This document shows, piece after piece, positions 23,249 through 36,484 of a DNA stretch of 64,000 nt. This DNA comes from Moniliella sp. 'wahieum'. Its lineage: Eukaryota. A program made the position numbers and the translations under genes. Location: contig RSEE01000026.1 in NCBI GenBank assembly GCA_003971905.1, positions 124,001 to 188,000 on the forward strand, given 5' to 3'. The notes beneath the pieces were generated by a model. It was given only the letters and a program-made list of their open reading frames with translations, made no database searches and was not told the DNA's origin. Each line of letters begins with the position of its first letter. Within the stretch, counting starts at the first letter, position 1.

Positions 23249-25108
23249 TCACGCAAAGGAGGCGGCGCAGAAAGGGTCGTCCTCATGAACCGGATCCACT
23301 TGGAGGGGGTATGGCAACGGCGGCATTTGAAGCTTGGACACGGGCGGGAAGTGGGTTTCCAAGGCGAGGCTAGGCACAGCGGATGAATGGGCGCGGCGGT
23401 GGCCGCATTTTTCCCGAAAAGGGGCGTGAGAGAGGGCAGGAAATTGGTAGCTTGGCGGAAGACTGTCCAAGCCTGACACTCCTGAGATGCCTAGACCGTT
23501 TGAAAAGAAGCGTGGAGAACTGTCTTGCTCGGTTAGTGTGGGCTCTGCGTGTGGCTCGGGCAGATCCGCCAAGGGCAAGGGGGGTGGCAAGGGAGATGGC
23601 TCACTGCTCGCGCACCCAGGCAGTGAGGGAGAAAGCGCAGGCAATTCCAGCTCATTCCTCCAGATGGGACGGGAGGGCCCGAGAGCATTCAGCTCCGTCT
23701 CCACGTTGCAAAGGAAATCGAGGTCAATCAAGGGTTGACACTCGGCCTCCTCTTCTTCCGATTGGGGATATACCCGCATCGTTGCCTGTCTCTTGAGGCA
23801 TTCCACCTTGTGCAACGCAGCCGCACTGAGGACCACGGCGCCTTCCAGCTCCGTCTGGGTCCTCCCTAGGTCCGACGAAGGGGATCCAGAAGAACGGCAA
23901 GAGGTGTCTCCTCTTCCTCCACATCCAGCGGGGTACTCTCCTCGATGACTTCGACTGGAAAACGAAAACGGACCGACTTTCCGTTTCTGCCCCATGAGCG
24001 ATCCGAACTGATCAACACGGTTTGCGTCTCGGCTTGCTTTAACGCCAAAGCCAACTCGGGGTCATCTCTCAGCCGAGCCGTCACGGGCGTAGGTGTGGGG
24101 GATGCCCCCAAAGCAGCGCTCAAGGTGTGCAGTTCAAGCCTCGGAGACGGCAACGGAGAGAGATCTCGCGAGTGAGGCAAAACAGGGGAAGCAGAGGGGA
24201 GGCTAAGGTAGCTTGGTCTTGCGAATCCGGCCCGGGCCCATTTGGGCCCATAAGCCCATTCAATGCAGCCTGGACTGAGCGATGGGCGCATTCTGCGTCC
24301 ACAGGAGCACGAAGCGAGATGGAGAGATTGACACTTTGAGTGTGGCGTCGGAAAGGACGCGAGCGTGACATCCCTGCTCCAGAGACGGGTGTAGGTGTAG
24401 GTGAAAGCGAAGCATTGGTATTTGTCCCCGGCACGAGTCCTGCTGGCACGCGGGGAAAACAGAAGGGGTAGATGAAGGTTTACCAAACGAGAATTGAGAC
24501 AGGCGGGTCTGTTCGTCAGTTTGTACGTCCTTGTGGACTCTCATGCTGTGAAGTGGTGGGTGTCGGCTGCAAAGTCCAGTCAGCACCGTTTTCCAGCAAT
24601 GAGAGTGTACCCCTTACCTGAGATCGTGGGAAAGACCAGCCACGCACTCCAGTAGGGCGAGTAGGCGTTGGGGCAGTAACAATGGGAACTGGTATAGGGT
24701 CCGAGTTTTGCAAACCAACTGGCCTTGGGGCGATGGCGAAGATGAAAGGTGGGTGGAGACACCAGAAGGTGCAAGTGATGGAGCAGCCAAAGGCAAGGCG
24801 GCAAAGGTGCGCGACTGAGAGCGGGAATGGGAGCGTTGGTGGGGTGGAGGACGAGTGAGAAAAGGAGGGGTGGTCGAAGAAGCTTGGAAGTTGTGTTCGG
24901 TTGGAGGTTCAGGCCGAGTCGGCAGCTGCAGTAATGTTGCTGACATCGCGGGTCACATCGAGCAAGGCACTGGATGAGGGCAGGGAGGTGGATGGAAGCA
25001 GGCGGTTGAGGGAGTGCGGGTTGAGCGTCTGGGCCCGGCGGTGGCGGCTGTGAGGCCGGTGCGGTGGGTGATGACACGAGTGGGCGAATGTGGAGATGGT
25101 TGCTCCAT
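23249..25108 (-). CDS. Hypothetical low-complexity Ser/Pro-rich protein
   Basis: Chain of overlapping minus-strand ORFs from MEQPSPHSPT to DDPFCAASFA*. Canonical intron near 24567-24617 (GTAAGG..GCTGAC..GCAG). No domain recognised. Confidence 0.6.
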
Positions 25109-27849
25109 CGTCAGTTCATCCGCGGACCCCACGGCCTGTGAGAAGAGATGGGACGAAGCAGGACGGAGGTGGTTAATAGGTGGGAAGATGGGGTTGCTGC
25201 TGCCAGGAAAAGCGTTGAGGGTGTTGGGTGAGGGGAGCAGTATGGGGGCATGATGGTGGGAGTGGTGGACGACCAGTTGGATGTGGCTGGATGGACCAGG
25301 CACAATAATTCAAGTCCTTCGGAGCATCTACTGCCGGGGCAAAAGCATCACATGTCGCTCTGCGGGATGATCGAGAGGTCAATCATTAATCATTAACCAT
25401 CGATCTCCCTTTCGATCATCGATCGATCTTCTGCATCAGTAGGTACATCCATACGTCAGTACACTCAGTACTGAACTACTGAACCATTGCAGTAGATGCT
25501 GGCGGATGTGGCCTGGGGCCTGTGGGGGGATGGAGAGTAGGTCGCGAAGAAAAACACCTACTAGTATGCTGGGGCACCAGCAAACCGCCAGCCAGCCCCT
25601 TGGATCGGCAGGGCGGCAGAACCGCAGTAAAACATTTTAGCGTTGCGAGACACCGCTACGCACATCCTCTCCCCCTAGGCCCGGCGCTGGCCTACTCCTG
25701 CGCCTGCCGCAGTGGGGATTGGATAGTGGAGCGTGCAATCTGCGATGCTTAATGCAATCGACCCCACGCCACGCCTGGTGCAAGCGTGACATGGACATTG
25801 CTGGTGGGGCGCGTGCACTGAGTGAGTATAAGTACTTGCTGAGTCCGTTCATTCAACCTCAACGTCAACGTTCAACGTTCAACCTCACTGCCTCCGTTGC
25901 GCATACACCTCCCCATAGCGTGTAGTAGCAGCAGTTCCTAATGGCGTGTGACATGTGACATGTGACGCGTGACATGTGACATGTGACACTGAGATCGATG
26001 AGAGGTTGAGTGCACTCCATGGGAGCATTTCATATTGATCGATGATCGATGATCTCGTCGATCACGCATCATATATCATGCATCATGTCGATCATGCCAT
26101 CGAGTTCAGCCGCTCATATTCTTACTCCATGGATGGTCGATGGGCAGCGCTTGGCGCTTGCTTGCTTGGTGCTTGCTTGCTTGGTGCTTGATGAGACACT
26201 CCCCATCCTTCGCTTGCGCAGCGCCCCCGTCTCTCTTCAACACACCTGCAGGCAGTAGATGTTTGATGGTGATGCGGTAATGCAGGTGCATGGAATGGTT
26301 GATGAAGCTATGAAGGATGGATCGGAGGACAAGTGAACAAAATGATGCCTCCACCTCAGGCCTCAGGCCCCTCAGGCCAAGCGCAACGGGGCCGTGCTCC
26401 ATAGCCTTCCATGGCCCCAAAGTGCCCTTCCTGCTGCACGCTTGTGTGCCTCCAACGCCAGCTATGCCCAGCGCCCCGCCCACACGACAGCCGCTTTGTT
26501 ATTCTGCTGGCGTTGCAATACACAAGCTTATTCCTCCATCATTCATCACGCATCATGCATCGGCTAGTGACCAAGTGACGTAGTGCCTGGCGACTGAAAC
26601 CGGATCTACCTCTCTTAAGCTTTAAGCTTTACTGTAAGCTTTACACCGATCCGCCCCCCCTGTCCAAGCAAGGCAGTCTATCCAGCGCTCGGCTCCCAAT
26701 TTAACCGCAGTGCTCCCTAGTGCCTCTTGCTGATCCTCTGTGACCCCATGCTTCGTGTACCACGCATCACATGTATCATCGATTAATAATTGATCATCGA
26801 TCATCCACCATTGCATCCGCATCACGCGCCACGCGTCAGATCGGCCAGAGCGGCAAATACGATCGGAAGCAGGCGGAAGCTGCCCGCGTGCTGTGCCCAG
26901 TGTAACATGTGATCAGCACCGACAAGCCACGGGAGCAGTCCGCTCGGTGCTGGCGCTGCGGGCTTCTGCTGGACCCAGAAACTTCAAGGCACTGGATCGG
27001 CGCAAGTCGCAGTAGACAGGAACCCGCTCGGCGGTGCTGTCGTTTCTGTCGGTGTGGTGGATATGGCACAGCTCTTCCTTTCCTCTGTAACATGTAACCT
27101 CTCCGTTGGTCACCAATCGGACCCAGAAACTATAAACAGATGCACCTGACCGGACTGCTCTTTTGAGCTCTACCAACAACCAATCGTTAAACGATCCTTA
27201 TAAACACGAGCCTCAGAACCTTCCGCTCACCACACCGCGAGGACTGCACCTATGGCGTCTCCAAGTGCCTCAGAGAACGCTGCTCAGCCTGAGCGCTTGG
27301 CACATGTCAACACGTCCAACGTTCAACACTACGCTCACTCAATGTTTAACACGTTTAACCCTCCGTGTCGCTTGTGTCGCATGTGTCAACGTGATCATCG
27401 ATCATCGATCAACATCAAACAGCGGCTGGATTTTTTTCCACAGCTCATTAGGTGATTTCCACAGTGCCGTGGCCACAGAGAGACAACACTAAGGCCATTA
27501 AACCGGCTATTAACCGTTTTAAGTTGCTGTTTTGGCCAGAGGGAGTTTTCAAGATCTCACAACCCCACCTATTAAGGCCTAAGATCTAACCGGCATGATC
27601 ATTTCGGCTGTTCGGGGGCCTCCCGCAGCCTCAAAACACCACTTAATAGGGTGTCTAGGTTCTCTCTGTTGCGTTAAACAGAGTATACTGCAACTGTTAC
27701 TACCAACCCATATCCTCTCTTTTTTGGCTGGAAATCCAAAGCGGGGTCGTTGTCGGTCCACAGCATACAGCTTTTTACCAGGCCAACGGCGACGCTAATA
27801 TAGCGATGCAACTGTTGAGATTGGATTGCCATCATGTGTGTTTTCTGAT

Positions 27850-28990
27850 GTATCACCTTCGGGTACGCCGGACGCGCCTCCTACGTTCCCAATCGCGCAG
27901 CGTGCGGTCCACCTCCATTCCTGATCCTCCGATTGATCCAGGTCCCATCACGCAGGAGTCAGTGCGCATTGCCTTCCTCCCACACCTCGTCTCATCCACT
28001 TCTTCCACGGTGGGCTCGTTGTGGATGTGGGTGTCGGGATGGAGCGCATGAGATGAAGAACGGCTCCGCCTGCTTCATGTAATGCACCAAACTTGGACTG
28101 GGTGCGGGTGCAGCTATGATGTGCTCAAGCAAGGACATGCTGCTCGTGGAGCAGGACCGCGTGCGGAGCTGCAAACCAATCTTGACCTGCTTTTATCGCT
28201 GAGCCGGAGGCATGGGGCTGCGACGGAGTTGAGGAGATCCAAGTGTGGTAGAGCTGCTTGCTGTTGCCGACCACGTTGCGACAATCGCCATCGTCAAACT
28301 TCTGGAGCATGTCGAAGCGATCATCCTTTGTACTTTGGGGGTCCTTATCGGCCCGGTTCCGTCTGAACTCCTTTCAGAACCATCAAAATCGGCCAGCATC
28401 GTCCAACTCGCCCTCGATCTGCATGTTTCGGAGCAGGTGGGGCAGCTTAGTCTGAGTACTGTGCCGCCATAGTAAGAGGCGTCCCTCACGGATGATGCCA
28501 TCAACTTTGGGCATGTCCTGCCTCAGGTTGGCAAGTGAGCCACGATCGGCGACAATCCACCCCTCCCACTCACACGTACCCACTGTACCTAGAGTCCATC
28601 TTCCCGAATCAGCTCCCAGTCTCGCTCGCTCGACGCTTGCGCAATTGAGTGCGAGGTCTGACGTGCCGTCTTCCAAAATTTCCGCAGCTCGGCCGTAATT
28701 CCTGGTTCTTGTCCGAAAAATGGTAATGTCATCCAGGTACGCCATCACAGTGCCTCAGCGGCAACTTCTCCTTTCTGCAATTGAGAAGAAAACCAGGGCG
28801 AGGGGATCGCCCTGCCGGATGTCCTCGCCGACACAACACCCGTCTCATTCCCGTCCGACACGACCCAAAGCTGGGTGTGAAACCATGATCCACCAGCCCA
28901 AAGAAAGGAGATGGACAAAATGATGGAGTGCGTTGGCGAGCATGCGACGGCTCACAGTGTTGAAAGTGTTGTGGTAACATCGAGCACTGG
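27850..28990 (-). mobile_element. Degenerate non-LTR retrotransposon RT fragment, CRE/Cnl1-like
   Basis: Across frames and in order: NTFNTVSRRMLANAL, IRQGDPLALVFFS, VMAYLDDITI, LLLWRHSTQTKLPHLLR. Stops and frameshifts throughout. Confidence 0.8.
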
Positions 28991-30427
28991 AATAGAGAAC
29001 ATGGGGCATTACCTCTATTACGGTTTGTCACTCACTGGATTTTACGCGACTACGGGGTTGTGGCTAGTGTGATGGGGGTAAAGGTTACCCCCAGTCTCCA
29101 CATCCTCATCATACGGGTTGAATACAACTGATCCACAAGAAGAGACGCCCGATATATATATGTGGAAAGCAAATCTGCTTGCGATTCCCATACATAGTAT
29201 GTGGTCTAAGGCACGTGGCCTCTCGCGCCAGTGTATAAATAAGGAAGATCCACTAGCCACGTGGCTCATTTATAGGAGAGCGAGAAGATGAGGTGGTCTT
29301 TTTGCGTCGTATTGTGGAGCCGATCAGGCTGATCGATGATCTCTCTTCCTATATACATCCAGCCCATCAGGCCCATGAGGCCTGAGGTGTCCTTATTGGA
29401 TGCCACGTGTCTCAACAGAGCTTAAGCCTTCAAGCTACTGTTCAAGCTTCAAGGAAGAAAAAAAGGGGCAGAGGGAGCGTGAAGAGAAGGACAGAGTGGA
29501 AGATGCACTCGCACATCATGCATCAACGTAGAAAAAGTATAAGCCGCATATTAGCCGTGCCTATACTATTAGTATTTTTGTATGTAAGTGTGGCTTATTG
29601 TTTCTGTATGCTGTGTTGGGAACCTTCTCCCACACGTGCGTGGTCACACAACATACATTGTGATCTTGATGAAGTTGAGATGGAGATACGGACCACATTG
29701 CATACAAGTCAAGGTGTCTTTCTCTTCATTACGCGTTACGTTCATCCACATCCCATATGCCCCCACTCTTCCGTCGGGAGGCGCAAGCTCGAGCGACTAC
29801 ACACACATACATAATGCGCTGTTCTCGGAAGAAAACAGCGACGCAGAAAGCTGCTGCTCGGTCACCCATATGGTCATGCATGGGTCGTGCGCATTTGCCC
29901 ACCAATGCTTTGGCCGTGTGCTCTTGCCACAGTGTGGAGCAGATAAGATAGGGTCTCTCGGCGGGTTCTGCCCTGCTCTGCCCTGCTCTGCCCCCGTGCT
30001 CGCGTCAAAAGCTTCGAGTGAACTGCGGTGTGGACAGTCCCGCCGTGCCGGATGTGCAGCCAGCACTTGCCAAGCCAAATCCAGCCATCACCCATCCGTC
30101 ACCCATCGCTGCGACCAATCGTGGCGCGATTCAGCCAACTATAGATGGAAGCACACGCTCGCACATGCACGCACTAGCAGCGGCACTGCATCCAATATTC
30201 ATACTTACCGCAGCCGCAGTACGGCCATGTGGGATTATATCGCTTTCCCCCATTCACAAGCCTCAAGGTGACATTCAAGGCCCCCCACATCGTCTTACCT
30301 AGGCCATACCGCGTCGCCTCCACATCTCCACCACACTCGATCAGTACGACCCAGTCCCAAAGGAATGCACACTAATAATAGACTCTCGTCGGTGTTTCCT
30401 GTCGCCTTGTCTTCTTGCCCCACCATC

Positions 30428-32342
30428 ATGTCGGAGTCCATCCACCACTCTGCGAGTCCGTCAGACAAGTCCCAGCTCCCCGACAGCGGATATGTCCCCA
30501 CCACACTCTACGACTCTCATGCCGCTCTCGCAGCAGCCGCGACGGATGAACAGGCCGACTTGGATGACAAAGTCTTATTCGACGAGAAGGTAGAGGTGAA
30601 AGTAACAAGTTGGACCAATTCGCAGGCAAGGTTCGGAGCTATGGCGATTTGTCTGGCGTGGATCCCGAGCTGGCCAAGACGCTCTTTGACCAAGATAATG
30701 TTCGAGAAGCGTTCACCTCCCGCCAACTTGCTATGATATCCTTGGCTGGTACGTCCCTTTCCTCTCTATTTGGCATAGTGTAGACGTCAGGCATTCATCA
30801 AATTAACCACAACCGGGGCAGGTTCTGTCGGGACGGGTGTTTTCCTTGGTGTGGGAAGGGCCTTGGCAACTGCTGGACCTCTTTCACTTTTGCTAGGATA
30901 CTTGATTGTGGGAGTGTTTGCCTGTTCGATGCTCTTCTGTCAAGCCGAGGTACGTTAGCCTCTCCCATCTGTATTCTGCGATGCAAAGCCTGACCCGTCC
31001 AGCTTTCCACGTTGGCACCAGTGAGCGGGTTCTATGTTCGCCACAGCGTATGTTTGTATCCAAGGGACTGGCATTTGCTAGTGGTTGGGCCATGCTGTAC
31101 GGTAACTTTGTCAGCCTTCCGGCAGAGTTTACGGCGGCAGCAGCGTTGGTCCAATACTGGAACGATAGCATCTCTCCGGCCGTGTTTATTACCATCTTTG
31201 GCGTCGTTCTCCTTGCAACCAATTTGACCTTCACGCGTCTTTACAGCGAGACGGAGTACGCCTTCTCCATCGTCAAACTCACAACTGCTATTGGCCTTGT
31301 CATATTCTGCATTTGTTTGGACCTTGGAGCCGGTCCCCATGGCCACATGACCGGTTTCCAGTACTGGCGCAATCCGGGCCCGATGGCTGAGTACTTGCTC
31401 AAGGGCGCCAGAGGTCGCTGGTTCGGTTTTGGTACACGCTCACCAACGCTGCGTACAGTTACCAAGGGATTGAAACCATCTGCGCTGCGGCAGCTGAAAC
31501 GCGCAACCCACGCCAGGCATTACCTCGTGCCGCCAAGCGCGTATTTATCCGCGTAGGAGGGATTTACATTTTGCTTGTTTTCTGTGTCGGCTTGGTGGTC
31601 CCTACACTGATTCTCGTCTTGTCAACTCGTCCGGTACAGCCTCGGCATCCCCCTATGTCATTGCTGCCTCCAACGCAGGTGTCAAAGTGTTGCCCTCAAT
31701 TCTCAACGCAGTCTGTATCACATCTGCGTATAGCTCCGGTGCGGCAGGTACGCTTGCTGCGTCCCGCTCCGCAATGGCCCTGGCCAACATGGGATTTGCT
31801 CCCAAGGCGTTTCTCAAGACCCATCGGTGGGGTGTGCCTTGGGTGGCGGTACTGGTTGTCACTGCGGGCTTCCCCTTGGGGTACACGGTGGTGAGCTCAA
31901 GTGCAACGCAAGTGTTTGGGTACTTGCAGAGTGTCGTCTCATCGCTTGCCTTGTACCAGTGGGTGGTCACATGCATCATTTTTCTGCGTGTGTATTACGC
32001 CATGCGTGCCCAAGGGATTCCCGTTCTCCCTGCCATGGCAAAGCTGGTTCCAGCCGTATCTGGCCTGGATCGGACTGCTGGGTCCTCTTTCTGTCTCTTG
32101 ACAGGGGTTTTGAGTTCTTTGTGACAGGCAATCAGGAGCCCCAAACATTCATCTCAGCCTATTGCTGCCCAATCGTCAATGTGCTTGTTTGTTGGGGTAC
32201 AAGTTTCACTGGAACACCCCTGTGGATCCCACTCAGCGAAGTCCCCATCCAACCGTGGATTACCCAGTTCCGCCAGAACCCGGAGCCGCTAGAGCCGAAA
32301 CCTACGGGTTGGATTCGTTTCGTGAGCTGGATCTGGTTTTGA
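30428..32342 (+). CDS. Amino acid permease (APC/YAT family)
   Basis: RQLAMISLAG..GTGVFLG, AGPLSLLLGY, LAFASGW, ETEYAFSIVK, GFQYWRNPGP and LPSILNAVCITSAYSSG. Two introns near 30.75 kb and 30.95 kb. Confidence 0.95.
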
Positions 32343-33233
32343 TGATACCCTTGCCCACTCATTGCAGTGTCATGAGGATGTACGGCATGACCTCCGGATC
32401 ATGATAGGAGTGACCGAAGGATGGTCTTGCATATACGTCCCCTCTTTCATTTTTTTACGTTCAACGTTCACACTTCCAATGCTCAACAGTTTCGGTGCCG
32501 GGCACCATCACTGTTTGTCCTTCTATAATGTGCACAAGCACCACACCGCAGACAAACTGAAGGGTGCAACTTTTCCCCCGACCTCCCTTTTATAGAAGGT
32601 AGCTCCGTGCCGCTTCCCACCCGGATTGATGCATCGCGGCGCAAAGCAATTTGTGAGGTGGCAAGGACGGTCTTCGAAGAGCTGCTAGGGTGTAGAACTG
32701 ATCATATACATCGTACGTACCGAAAACGAGACCGTTTTCTCTTCGGAATGCGAGCTATGAATAGGTGAGAAGAGAGTAGTCAGCACAAAAGGCGAGGGCC
32801 ATGGGGAGGTATTATTTCTCTCTTAGATTTGAGTTGAGAGAGACATCCACCAAAAAGGGGCACGGCTAACGTCCAAACCACTCTTTGCCATAGCCAATCG
32901 CCGATATTCTGCCTCGTATACTACCAGATGTGAGCGAAGAACCCACACTCCTAATAAGGGTTCCGGTTCACACCACCATCATATCCCGTTTGCTAACCGT
33001 ACTCTGCTGACAGTTGCGCCCACAGTGTAGTGATCGATATGAAGACAACATGCGACAATTCATCAACCAAAAAGGATGGAGAAGCAATATACATACGCTC
33101 ATCGCCCATTCAAGCTAAAGGGCAACCCCCGAAACCAGTCTGTCCCATACCTGCCGGGTAGGTATAGAGGCGTACATGCAGAGTGTGGCTGAATGAAACG
33201 TGTAAACGCGAATAATACAATGCGGGAGTGCGT

Positions 33234-35608
33234 TCACCTCCTCCTGGGACGGACAGTGAGCACACCATGGTTTACATCATAGTGGTACCCTTCCCGGTCC
33301 AGAGCGCCATAATGTTGGGTTTGATGACTGCAACGTTCTTGGGCGAGTGTCGACCTACACCCGTAATAATCTGCAGGTCACCCTTACCTGTCCTGCCCTG
33401 GCTCGTGTGTCCCAATCCCGCAACAAGTCTCTCGTCACCGCCATGGCCTCAGTGAGAGAGAGGTGGTGGAGATCAATCACCTCACCCGTTGGCTGGAGGA
33501 ATGGTTGACGTGACCCCCGTCTTGGCGCATGGCAACCAACGCATGGGCGGCCCGTGCACTCCATAACTTGATTTCTGCATCCAGCTCCTGAGCGCGCTGG
33601 GCATGGTGTGCGCTGGCACCCCCCCGGGCCAAATTGGCCGCCTTGCCCTTAACTCCAGGGCCTTTGCCCGAATGCGCAGCAGCTGCAGACTGAAGCGCCT
33701 CAGTACGAGCCTTACGCGCCGTGGCCTCCATCTGCCTGCACTGTTCGTACGTGTACCCCCCACTGCCTCCCCCGGGTGAACTCGAGGGTTGGCGCGCCGC
33801 CACAGCCGCAGGCACGCCCAGCGTCTGTGGCCCTGCCGCTGCCGATGGTAGCGATACGATCGGGGCTCGGGAGAGCTTGTCCAACAGCGTCTCCTCCTCT
33901 TCGCGGGCTACCTTACTGCCTGATCGACCAGAGAAGGTACCATTGTGCTTCTTGCCCGTGAAAGTAAAGGCGCCCTCACCTGGCTTGACTTGCTTTACCA
34001 CTCGCACAGAGGGTGCATCGACACGGACGAAATCGGCGCCAGTAGGGTCCGAGTTGCCCTTCTCGTTCGTGGACACGGTGGAAAGCCCAATCGCGGGCGG
34101 GCCATCGTTCAGTAGCTTCATTAGTGATACTGTGCCGTGTGCGTACGCTCTAAGAGATGCGCAAGTGTTGGGTCGGCAAGTCCAAGTCCGAGCCAGCCTG
34201 CATCGGGAAGCTCTTGGGGGGCACGACCGGTTGCTTTGCGCCAGCCGTGTACGGACTTTAACAGGTTCAGCAGGTCAAGCGCCTCGTCCTCCTGCGCTCG
34301 CACAGCGCGAAACACTACGCCCGCCAACTGCACAGGTTGTGCTACCATCGCAGCCAGGACGTGTACCTCGGGACTCCACTCTTTCCCTTGGGGGGAATTT
34401 TGGCGCAATTTGACGGGGCCTTCTCGGAGGAAGAGTGGACCACCACACGCACAGTCTCAGCCAAGTCCAGTCCAAATTTTCGATAGGTCACAGAAGGGCT
34501 TTCCTCCATGCCTGTTCGGGAGGGGGAAGGAGAGAGCCGAGTTGGTCAAGGATGGAGGAAGCGAAAGCCCACTCATTGTCCGTAACAAGTTTGCCCGTAT
34601 TGCTCGCTCCCAGGGACTGGGCCGGTGGGTCGGGCTCCGACGACAGACGAAGCGCAAACGCTTCGTCTGACTCCCCCTCCTGTGCCACGAGGGAGGAGGA
34701 TGAAGGCAAATCAGTTCCCTTGACGAGTTTTTCTGCTTTCCCCTTTCTGGACTGGCCCTTTCCCTTCGGCTTGGGGAGGGCCAAATCTGTCCCGCCTTGC
34801 CTTACATTCCCCATACGAACCACGGTGGCACCCTTCTTCTTCTTCTTGAAGACTTGCGAACGCGCATCACCGCCCCCTCCAACTGACATGGCAGGCGAAG
34901 TGATGCGGGGAGACTGGGGGGGGACAGGTGGACAGCCGACCGGCGAAGCCAGGGATGATGGAAGGGACGACTGAGGCGGTATCGGCGAAGTGAGAGCTGA
35001 CGAACTCTGACTTACAAGATAAGGGGACTGCGCCGAGGAAGATGAGACACTGGTGTCCAAAACAAGCGGGCTGCGCTGGGTTTGCGCAGCCCGGCGGGAT
35101 GACGCAGTAGGAAGGTGTATGGGCCGCATGGGGACCGCATCCAGTTCTTGTTCCCCTTCTGCATCTTCAGATTCTTGCACAGAAGAAGAAGAAGGAGATC
35201 TCGGTGATGCGGCGCCAGCTCCCTCTTGGGCGGCGAAGAGGATATCGAGGGCGGCGTTGAAGTCGCCATGGGCGGTAGCGAGGGCGTCCTCAAGGACGTC
35301 GAGGGGGTGTTCAGGGAAGACTGTGAGGAGAGAGACCAAAGCGTCGGAGCTGGCTTCGGCTTCAAACTCGCTGATGGTATGGCTCTGCTCAGGCGCATCA
35401 GACGGGGATGCCGGAGGTTGGAGCGCATTCTCGAGTTGCAGCTGCTGTGTTTGCTGGACTAGCTCGGCGCTTTCCACGTGCGCCTGGCGGGTGCGGGGCG
35501 TTGAGGCCAGTCAGCACTGCGGCCACGGAGGTGGTGGGAATTCTCCGGGGTCATCTGTGTGCTTTCGGGTCGGTGGAAAGGCACTTCATGTGCTCGCGAC
35601 GGTAGCAT
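33234..35608 (-). CDS. CUE + DUF1771 + Smr domain protein (Cue2/N4BP2-like)
   Basis: LLTVFPEHPLDVLEDALATAHGDFNAALDILF (CUE-like), ALQSAAAA..GGASAHHAQRAQE, IDLHHLSLTEA and LQIITGVGRHS (Smr). Start is uncertain, with a probable intron near 35.5 kb. Confidence 0.85.
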
Positions 35609-36484
35609 TGGTTGGTTGAAGGTTGATGCCGGTTCGGGGGCGCCGATGGAACAGCCGGGGGCGCTCGGTAGTGGGCGCTCGAAGCTCAAAGCGCAAATTG
35701 CTGCCAGAGAACGCAAGTGGCTTGAAAATCAAACTTGAACGTTCAACGTTCACGCGTCACGCGCCACGGGTCCCTCTCCCCCACCCTCCACGTGATAGCG
35801 CCTGATTGAAACAAGGAGCGTGTGATGATGTCGATGGCAGCCGCCTGCGCCTCTCGGGCATTCCTACCCTCTCTCGTCCCATGGCCTTGGAAGGGTCTGA
35901 GATCTGTCGGGAGTGGCGTTGCTGGGCTGCTGGCAGTCGGCAGTCTTTCTGCCCCGCCAGCAAACACCTTACTTTCCTGCCGCCACCCCTCACGTTCCTA
36001 GCATCACCGCCATCTCTGTTTGCGGCTGGTAAGAGCAATTAGGGGCCGCTGGGAAACTCTCCGGAATAAAAACAGTGCTGAACTCTTTCTTGTCGATCCT
36101 TTTCGATAGATCCCGAGATGATGAGACCCCCCCCTACTCTCCGCTTGTGAACTGACGAAGAGTCGATGACCCCGTCGTGCAATAAGTGGTAGGTGAATCC
36201 ACTTTTGAAAACACTGTGACTGTGTTGAGGCCGGCGATGAGGCACCATAACTTCAAACAGGAAATGTCCGATCCCGTTTCGCTCAATCTATACCCGTCCA
36301 TGAACTGCATGAACGTTTTGAACGACGGGGCATCAAGTGTGCCTGCAATCGCTGACCCGACCAATTACAACCAATCCCATCATGCCTTACGATTTGAAAA
36401 GAATTCTTGTAAATGATGGAAATGCACACACACATTTGCTGTTGGCAGAACGGTGAATGAGGAGAGCGATTGCAGATGGGCGCA

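Noticed and set aside
25946..25989. CRISPR-like or telomeric array
   Set aside because: It is a 7-bp tandem unit with no spacers, in a eukaryotic context, with no TTAGGG run.
26909..27097. Cys-rich ORF (CWRCG...CCRFCRC) as a zinc finger
   Set aside because: Short, non-ATG start, and no family-consistent spacing that I can support.
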